Positions 24,724-30,854 of a stretch of 30,854 nucleotides of DNA are shown here, piece after piece (position 1 is the stretch's first letter; every line of letters begins with the position of its first letter). The position numbers and the translations under genes are program-made. Location: IMG/VR virus record IMGVR_UViG_3300031577_000010, positions 1-30,854 of that record, one strand, 5' to 3'. Under the pieces are notes generated by a model, which ran no database searches, was not told where the DNA came from, and worked only from the letters and a program-made list of their open reading frames with translations. Source of the stretch: a virus. Its lineage: Duplodnaviria; Caudoviricetes.

Positions 24724-25274
24724 TTCACCAGCTCCCTCAAATCGTAACCCGGTTTACCGTCAATGCTTAATCGGGGAAGTTTTACACCTCGCACCATAGC
24801 GCGCATTTCATTTATAGTCACATAATTTAAACCCGTGTGTTCCATTCGATGCAAAAACCATTTTATCTGCATACCGTATGCTTCATCTGTAAAAGAATTT
24901 AAAAACGATACTAAGATTACCCCGTGATTACGTCCGCCAATACGCTCGTAATCCCACAGCCCTTTAATCTGGCTAGGACGAATATCTGATAAACCTAACC
25001 GTAATTTACTTTTCCGTTTTAATTCAAATAAAGCTGTAAAGTCAGGTGTAACTACAATCTCGTCTGCCGGTCTACTCCCACAATCATCCGAAATCCGCAT
25101 TCGCCAGGAATTAGGGATTAGGCTCCAACTCCTACGAATTTCATTTTGAAAGTCTTCACCCCGTTGTCTGCGCTCTGCTTGTTTTTCTGAACTATGACTA
25201 TCTGCCGATGGTGAACAATTTAGCGGTGGTTCGGGAGTTGCCGGAGTTGGCCTTATCCCTCCAAGCCCGTTCAT
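24708..25274 (-). CDS. RecU-like PD-(D/E)xK nuclease / Holliday junction resolvase
   Basis: RGEDFQ.EI, PAD.......FELK, IRPSQI.GL. Confidence 0.7.
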   Translation of the reverse strand: MNGLGGIRPTPATPEPPLNCSPSADSHSSEKQAERRQRGEDFQNEIRRSWSLIPNSWRMRISDDCGSRPADEIVVTPDFTALFELKRKSKLRLGLSDIRPSQIKGLWDYERIGGRNHGVILVSFLNSFTDEAYGMQIKWFLHRMEHTGLNYVTINEMRAMVRGVKLPRLSIDGKPGYDLRELVKWLSA

Positions 25275-25618
25275 TTCTCAACGACTTCCTTAAAGCCTTG
25301 GGTCCAGCCAGAAGATAAGTCAATTTTGTCGGGCTTCGAATACTTTACAGCGTAGGGTTCAACATCGATTTTCCAGGCAAGGTCTATGGCCGCCCGTTGA
25401 AATAGGTCCGCATGCTCGCAGGCTTTATAAGTTGCAAGTGCTTCCTTATAAGTTGCGGTATAAACCTGGTCATATTCCTTTGGATTACGTAATCGGCCTT
25501 CCGGTACTTTCTTGTCAGCTTCATCCGAAGCAGCTTTTACAGCTAATTTTTCCTGCACAACCTGCAGTGGCACGTCATACGCGGATCCATCGCCCATCCA
25601 CACTCTAACAAATTTCAT
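25271..25618 (-). CDS. Hypothetical protein
   Basis: 115 aa, RBS AGGAGG. Confidence 0.75.
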   Translation of the reverse strand: MKFVRVWMGDGSAYDVPLQVVQEKLAVKAASDEADKKVPEGRLRNPKEYDQVYTATYKEALATYKACEHADLFQRAAIDLAWKIDVEPYAVKYSKPDKIDLSSGWTQGFKEVVEK

Positions 25619-25629
25619 AGTAATTCCTC

Positions 25630-25746
25630 CTAAAATTTATTTGGTTTATCTTTTGATAAAACTCCGGCGTCAATCTTTGCCTGAAGTTTCAAAAGCTGTT
25701 TTACCTTTCGACGTTTTAATGCTTCCGGAGAGCGCCTACCAGACAT
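25630..25746 (-). CDS. 38-aa basic peptide
   Basis: MSGRRSPEALKRRKVKQLLKLQAK...; RBS AGGTGAGG; TGATG coupling. Confidence 0.5.
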   Translation of the reverse strand: MSGRRSPEALKRRKVKQLLKLQAKIDAGVLSKDKPNKF

Positions 25747-26249
25747 CAGCTTGCCTCACCTTTCTTTGCTGCATTTGCTGCTTGGAGTAAAAAGTAATCC
25801 TCTTCACTAATCTCCTTCACACCAGACACCGTAAAGCTCCACCTGCTACGTGTCATTGATAAAATACAACGATTCAACAGGAAATGATAACCTCCCTTAC
25901 CCCAAGAGAATGGAAGCTGCAGCGCGTCGTTAACTTCGTATGTACGCACCTTATGCAGTCCAAGTTCTTTCGCAAGCTTCACATACGCCCTATTAATTTT
26001 AGAATTAGCCTTGGCTTTGTACAATCCATTATTAAGTGGAGCGTTACAAAATTGATTTTTAAGATCATCTGGAACGTTAACCAAATACAACGCCAGTTCT
26101 GTTATCCCTAAGTTATTTTCAATTTTTACGCCTAATAAACTTTCAATCTTTTCTACTACATCTTTTTCATACCACTTTTGGCTACTCGTAAATAAACCTA
26201 CGAACGGCTCATAGGCTGGACATTCCGGCAATATCTCGAAATACTTCAT
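25746..26249 (-). CDS. Hypothetical protein
   Basis: 167 aa, RBS GGAGGT. Confidence 0.75.
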   Translation of the reverse strand: MKYFEILPECPAYEPFVGLFTSSQKWYEKDVVEKIESLLGVKIENNLGITELALYLVNVPDDLKNQFCNAPLNNGLYKAKANSKINRAYVKLAKELGLHKVRTYEVNDALQLPFSWGKGGYHFLLNRCILSMTRSRWSFTVSGVKEISEEDYFLLQAANAAKKGEAS

Positions 26250-26668
26250 TTCTTACCTCCAGCCAAGAAATTCAATAAAGCTTCCTGCAATGCAGCTTTC
26301 CGGTCTGCGGCTTGCGCTGCAGCGGTTAACAAGTCCCGCTCTTTGTATTCCCTTGCCATTTCAGCATCTACAGCTGCAAGACGTGCCTCAACTTCTGCGC
26401 GCGTTCTACGTAAAGCAGCTGATTTGTTTCTACGAAACGCATCCCTTTGGGACTCATTTTTTAACGTCTGAAAAATTGGATCACTCATAATAGAGCCAGA
26501 TTCCAAAAGCTTAATTTCAGTATCAAGCGTAATCTTTTCCTTAATAAGCGTAGGTCTATTTACCCCAACCTCTTTCCGGTCCATGATGTCACGGGTTAAC
26601 ATATCCAAATCATCAATGCTCCGGGCTAGAGCCTCCGGTTTAAGAATCTCGGAATATCTAAGATACAT
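26246..26668 (-). CDS. Coiled-coil hypothetical protein
   Basis: KNE.QRDA..R followed by a long heptad run. Confidence 0.75.
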   Translation of the reverse strand: MYLRYSEILKPEALARSIDDLDMLTRDIMDRKEVGVNRPTLIKEKITLDTEIKLLESGSIMSDPIFQTLKNESQRDAFRRNKSAALRRTRAEVEARLAAVDAEMAREYKERDLLTAAAQAADRKAALQEALLNFLAGGKK

Positions 26669-27610
26669 TTACTTTTCCTCTCCTTTCAAAAGCTCAATGG
26701 CTTTACTAACAACCTCCGCAGGTATATTTTCTTGCTTACCGATTTTTTCAATAATCTCCGGTATATTCATTCGAGCTACTCCGGTTCCCGATTGTACTAG
26801 CCCCGTAAACTCTTCCATAGCATATTGCCGGTCAACGTTTTCCTCTATCCTGGTCCGGTCAAGTACCTCGTTACCCGGTCTAGCACATTTTAATGGGATT
26901 AATTCGATATCCATTTTGTCCGTATCGATCAATGCTACTTGTATCGGCCTAGTCATTTCGGCTTCACTTGCTGAAATCCGCATCAAGGCACCCGGATTGC
27001 AAAACACTTTCCCATCTTGGCGCTTAATAACCCCGTAGCCTACATGATCGTGCCCCGAAAGAATAATGTCCGCATTCGTTTCAACTTCATAGAGATTCGT
27101 AAATCGTGCTTCGTAGGGTAGATTGTGATCTAGCAGCATTGAATGGATAACAAGGATTTTAACCGCCTCTTCATCGAACCAACTTTGCGTATACCCATAC
27201 ACTTCTACATTAGACGTGTACGGCTGATAATTAAATTCTTCTTTTGCGTACATTTCAGCACTGCGCCAACCACCCTCCACAGATAACTGCGGCACAAGTA
27301 ATTCCAATAGCTGTAGACTTGTCCGCCCATATGTTTCTAGGTTATAGCCAAAAACATCATGGTTGCCGACCGTCGCATAAATTGGAACCGGGCATTTATC
27401 CAGGAGAGCCTTAAACTCCAATAATGTTTGAATTGATACTTCCGGGCTGTGAAAGATATCCCCAGGCTGTAGGATTGCGGTCACTTCGTTATCTGCAGCT
27501 ATTTTAAAGACTTCCCGGAGTTTTTCTTTCGCGGCTTCCTTATAGTCATCGGTACGGTTCCGAGGATTATTGCCTCGTAAGTGCCAATCACCAGTAAATA
27601 GAATTTTCAT
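26669..27610 (-). CDS. SbcD/Mre11-like metallophosphoesterase nuclease
   Basis: GDWH, GDIFH, GNHD, GHDH, NPGAL.R. Confidence 0.92.
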   Translation of the reverse strand: MKILFTGDWHLRGNNPRNRTDDYKEAAKEKLREVFKIAADNEVTAILQPGDIFHSPEVSIQTLLEFKALLDKCPVPIYATVGNHDVFGYNLETYGRTSLQLLELLVPQLSVEGGWRSAEMYAKEEFNYQPYTSNVEVYGYTQSWFDEEAVKILVIHSMLLDHNLPYEARFTNLYEVETNADIILSGHDHVGYGVIKRQDGKVFCNPGALMRISASEAEMTRPIQVALIDTDKMDIELIPLKCARPGNEVLDRTRIEENVDRQYAMEEFTGLVQSGTGVARMNIPEIIEKIGKQENIPAEVVSKAIELLKGEEK

Positions 27611-27903
27611 GAAGCATCAACTCTTTCCGCAACTCGTTCTAAAAAGTAAATTCGGTATGCTCCGTTTAAGTAGTCGCCAATTGTTAGGCTTTCATATTCA
27701 GGGCCGGTTCCATCATTGTCCATATAAACTACTTCAATTTTAAAATCTTCAACATCATAAATTAACGCTGAATAAAATTTAAGGTTGTAATCCTCAGGTT
27801 TACTTAACATCCGGGACCGCGGGGTCGATAACCCTACATCAATAGCCCGCCCTACTTTAAACACGTCCTTGTCAAATACGGGTACATCCTTAACACCTTC
27901 CAT
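27607..27903 (-). CDS. Hypothetical protein (paralog of 27934-28176)
   Basis: GVKDVPVFDKDVFKVG. Confidence 0.75.
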   Translation of the reverse strand: MEGVKDVPVFDKDVFKVGRAIDVGLSTPRSRMLSKPEDYNLKFYSALIYDVEDFKIEVVYMDNDGTGPEYESLTIGDYLNGAYRIYFLERVAERVDAS

Positions 27904-27933
27904 TAATTAACGCCTTCCTTTCTGAACAAAATT

Positions 27934-28176
27934 TTACTTATCATCATCCTTTATCATTAAACGTGTAAGAAAAACCTTTCCTTGAACTGCGTCATCAATA
28001 GCCACTTCTTTATCTATCCATTCACCTTTATCTGATAAATAGCAAACTAGAATGTTTAGCGGACCACTTTGCTTGATAATAGCGTCTTGATTAATACCTT
28101 CAGTCATAAGCCAGACTGCACTGCCAACTTTATAAACGTCAGTATCAAAAATGGGGCTATTTCTAACACCTTTCAC
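27934..28176 (-). CDS. Hypothetical protein (paralog of 27607-27903)
   Basis: GVRNSPIFDTDVYKVG. Confidence 0.75.
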   Translation of the reverse strand: MKGVRNSPIFDTDVYKVGSAVWLMTEGINQDAIIKQSGPLNILVCYLSDKGEWIDKEVAIDDAVQGKVFLTRLMIKDDDK

Positions 28177-28814
28177 TAACTCACGACACTCCTTCCATTT
28201 ACCTGCCTTACCGAAAAGCTCTTATGCCCAGCTGCAGCAAGCGACTCGGAATGAGTGATAAGGATTATTTGCCGGTTAAATTTCTCGCTGTATTGCCGCA
28301 AGAAGTAGGCTACATTTGGGGCATACTCGGCACTTACCATCTTGCCGATTTCATCTAAGAGCAAAGGGCCACGGTTACCTTCCAGCTCTATAATTGCAAG
28401 CCTTAGGGCAAGCGTTACCACGTCAACCACTCCACCCCCTTTCGAATAGTCGGGCGGTTCCAGCCTCACGGTCACGCCGTCCGCTTCTATAAAATATTGA
28501 CACTCCGGGCGATTCGCGCGAACAGTAAGCTCCAGCCAAAATTTATACCCCACATCAAATACCACGGAGAGCGCCGACGTTACTATTTCTTCGATTCGGA
28601 ATTTCGCTTGTTTTCTCGCAAAGTCGCTTGTGAGCTGTAGGAGTATCGAAACCTTATCAAACGTTTCAATATCTGCTTTAATCTTTACAGCCTTATTGCA
28701 AGCATCATCGAATTGTGTTCTTAACAGATCCCGCGCCCCGACCATCGAATCATAGTGGCTTCGAACTAACTTTAATTTTCTTTCTATGTTATTGAACCGG
28801 TAGCCGTTAGCCAT
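28176..28814 (-). CDS. SbcC/Rad50-like ATPase, C-terminal half
   Basis: Signature-like SKGGG...LALRLA, Walker B LLLDE, H-loop IILITH. Confidence 0.85.
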   Translation of the reverse strand: MANGYRFNNIERKLKLVRSHYDSMVGARDLLRTQFDDACNKAVKIKADIETFDKVSILLQLTSDFARKQAKFRIEEIVTSALSVVFDVGYKFWLELTVRANRPECQYFIEADGVTVRLEPPDYSKGGGVVDVVTLALRLAIIELEGNRGPLLLDEIGKMVSAEYAPNVAYFLRQYSEKFNRQIILITHSESLAAAGHKSFSVRQVNGRSVVS

Positions 28815-28816
28815 TT

Positions 28817-29050
28817 TTAAACCTCCGGAATCAGCGCTTCGAGTTTTTCAAAAAGGGCACTCTGTTCATCCCTCAGCTTTTGCATTTCCACGTCGATTGT
28901 ATTAGGAGTAACCCCAGCTGCAGCCATATCCTTTTCAACCTCAGCTAATTGCTCCTTGGCCGCTGTGTGTTGTGTCTCGGCAACCGTTAGCGCCTTTTGC
29001 GCTTTCTCGTATTTCGACTGAAGTGCCTCAATCCGCATTTTATCGTCCAT
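28817..29050 (-). CDS. Short coiled-coil protein between the SbcC halves
   Basis: Helical hairpin with a G.TP turn. Confidence 0.75.
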   Translation of the reverse strand: MDDKMRIEALQSKYEKAQKALTVAETQHTAAKEQLAEVEKDMAAAGVTPNTIDVEMQKLRDEQSALFEKLEALIPEV

Positions 29051-30449
29051 GACAATCCTCCTTAATTTTTTGACCGCATAGCGGACATTTATTTAGGGAC
29101 TTCCAACAAGCTTCTAGTTCATCGTAAGCCGCGTCCCGATTAGCTAATTGACGCCAGCTTTGGTTGAAAAGCTGTCGTTCAGCATTCATAGCCTGGTACC
29201 AGCGAACGTTAAGCAGTTCCAGCTCTGAAAGCCTTTTCTGAGAGAGGCGTAGAGCGTCGAAAAAAGTTGGAGCAGACATAGCACCATTGTTTTTAGTCAT
29301 AATTTGTCCAAATTCTTTGCATAACGAAATAAGGCGATTTCGCCGACTACTAATATTTACTAGCGTTGATAAGGCTTCATCAATAACCCGCAAACGGGTT
29401 ATTGGTTCCCGGCATTCATTTACGATGGACATTTTATGTCCAATTTTATAGTAAAAATTTGTATTTTCTAGGTTTTTTTGGTATGATTCTAATAGATTTT
29501 TAAGCTGCAAAAAATTAAATGTGCAATCCCTTAACCTCGGCAGGTACACGGATGCCGTTTTAATATTTTGGCTATGCTTTAAAATCTCACCTAATTCACC
29601 GAGTCGCTTAGTTAGCGACGAATGCCTTACCTCCATACCTAGTAGCGTGTCGGAGCGCTGCTGGGTATTTTTTAGTTGCCCCAGGTCTTTTTCAGCTTGT
29701 GCTAAAGGTAACGTCAAAACTTCTATAACGGCCCAGGTATCATCATACTTTTTCTGCCACTCATGATGTTTGTTGTTTAACATTTCCAGTGCTTCAAAAT
29801 GTACGGCTGTAGCTTCTAGCCTTTCTTTTAGCCCTTCACAAATCAATAGCCGTGCTTCGATATCCTCCAATTTATCGAAGGCTTTTAATTGTTCAACGAT
29901 TTCTGCTTGAAGCTTTTCTACAGCTTTTCGCTCTCTACTTAAGGCGTGGGTTTCCTGGGACGCAGATTTCAGCGCTTTGTCTACTATTTCAGCTTCAGCA
30001 AGCTTACCCAATACTTTAGCCCCAGCGCTTCCCGGCTCACTTAATAGAAATGGCGTGTCCAATTGAAAAGCAAAATTAAGAGCTGTAGTAAAATCCCCGA
30101 ATATCGTTTCCCGGATTTCTAACATTTCCTGAACTTCTACAGGTACTTCCGCCTTTTCGTAGGCTGTAATCTTTCCCCCTTCCTCAATCTCATAATTCGT
30201 TTTAGCCCCTTTTCGCTGTTTCGTGACACGGTTACCACCTGACATAATAATTGTAACTTCGGCGAATCCTACAGCCTTATTAACGAAAGAATCGCCAGCC
30301 GGTTCCCCAAACGCAAGCCACCGGAGCGCACGGATAATTGCGGTTTTACCTGAGTCGGTTGCGCCGGTAATGACATTCAAGTTTTTGTCTAGGTTTACCG
30401 TTGTGTCTTCATGGGATTGAAACCCTTTGATAATGATTGTTCGAATCAA
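29040..30449 (-). CDS. SbcC/Rad50-like ATPase, N-terminal half ending in a zinc hook
   Basis: GFQSH, Walker A GATDSGKT, Q-loop FQLD, coiled coil, C-terminal CPLCGQ. Start likely TTG 30449 (RBS AGGAGG). Confidence 0.88.
   Translation of the reverse strand: MIRTIIIKGFQSHEDTTVNLDKNLNVITGATDSGKTAIIRALRWLAFGEPAGDSFVNKAVGFAEVTIIMSGGNRVTKQRKGAKTNYEIEEGGKITAYEKAEVPVEVQEMLEIRETIFGDFTTALNFAFQLDTPFLLSEPGSAGAKVLGKLAEAEIVDKALKSASQETHALSRERKAVEKLQAEIVEQLKAFDKLEDIEARLLICEGLKERLEATAVHFEALEMLNNKHHEWQKKYDDTWAVIEVLTLPLAQAEKDLGQLKNTQQRSDTLLGMEVRHSSLTKRLGELGEILKHSQNIKTASVYLPRLRDCTFNFLQLKNLLESYQKNLENTNFYYKIGHKMSIVNECREPITRLRVIDEALSTLVNISSRRNRLISLCKEFGQIMTKNNGAMSAPTFFDALRLSQKRLSELELLNVRWYQAMNAERQLFNQSWRQLANRDAAYDELEACWKSLNKCPLCGQKIKEDCHGR
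29293..29443. repeat. Two intragenic copies of the palindromic motif
   Basis: TTAGTC-ataattt-GTCCAA at 29293-29311 and ATGGAC-attttat-GTCCAA at 29425-29443. Confidence 0.65.
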
Positions 30450-30471
30450 GTTCTTACCTCCTTTCAAAATT

Positions 30472-30504
30472 AAGGTCCGCGACTACGGCATAGCCGCAGA
30501 CCTT
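30472..30504 (-). other. Intergenic RNA hairpin (attenuator, terminator or processing site)
   Basis: Minus strand AAGGUCUGCGGCUA-UGCCG-UAGUCGCGGACCUU; 14 bp including G-U pairs, which are valid only on the minus strand. Confidence 0.6.
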
Positions 30505-30510
30505 TTTGTT

Positions 30511-30780
30511 TTAATCTTCTGTTTTTTCTTCTTTTACGATAATACCCGGTTCTGGAAACGCAAGAACCTTTCTTCCGTTGATTTCATACACGTTGTTTTG
30601 AAGCAGGGACTCTAAATCTTCCGGCTTAAACCGCATGTACGATCCAACCCATACGAATGGAATTTTTCCGGCGTGAGCCATGCCATATAAAGTTGATTTG
30701 GAGATGTTTAGGCGAGCAGCAGCGTCACGACCATTCAAAAGAACAGGAACATTTCTCTCACATTGTACATCGTTTAACAT
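30511..30780 (-). CDS. Excisionase-like HTH (HTH_17) DNA-binding protein
   Basis: LL...DAAARLNISKSTLY......KIP...VG..RF..EDL. Confidence 0.85.
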   Translation of the reverse strand: MLNDVQCERNVPVLLNGRDAAARLNISKSTLYGMAHAGKIPFVWVGSYMRFKPEDLESLLQNNVYEINGRKVLAFPEPGIIVKEEKTED

Positions 30781-30795
30781 GAATATCTCCCCTTT

Positions 30796-30814
30796 TTAGT
30801 CTAAATCTGCCCAA
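30796..30814. promoter_or_regulatory. Palindromic motif copy TTAGTC-N7-GCCCAA
   Basis: Abuts the RBS AAAGGGGAG of the HTH gene. Confidence 0.6.
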
Positions 30815-30854
30815 AAAATAAGTACTTCGGGACATCGCAGAGCTTGTCTTACGC

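Noticed and set aside
8497-30615. Numerous plus-strand ORFs opposite the minus-strand operons
   Set aside because: Antisense shadows of well-supported genes, with no motifs.

Overview
The window is a 31-kb piece of a tailed phage or phage-plasmid (possibly a prophage) from a Firmicutes host that is probably spore-forming. From right to left on the minus strand it carries a large replication/recombination block: HTH/Xis-like protein, a split SbcC plus SbcD, RecU-like resolvase, SF2 helicase, HD hydrolase, an AEP primase fused to an MCM-type helicase, a SigH-like sigma factor, family A DNA polymerase, a dNTP pyrophosphohydrolase-like protein and a 3D-domain protein. Next come AT-rich morons, then a compact six-gene module (ParM-like actin, ParR-like protein, FtsK/SpoIIIE ATPase, Replic_Relax relaxase, SpoIIIAC-like membrane protein, small membrane protein), a LexA-controlled small gene and a DUF2971 gene. 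A divergent plus-strand operon (small secreted protein, DUF932, ATP-dependent DNA ligase, beta-clamp-like protein, Com-like zinc ribbon) is punctuated by two twister-P5-type ribozymes. The left end holds a candidate cos region and lambda-type terS/terL. Main leads: (1) the relaxase-FtsK-SpoIIIAC-like-ParM module as a possible DNA-translocation system linked to sporulation; (2) paired twister ribozymes that bracket the DUF932 mRNA; (3) an 8-copy palindromic TTGGAC-N7-GTCCAA motif. All family calls come from motif recognition by eye, not database searches.
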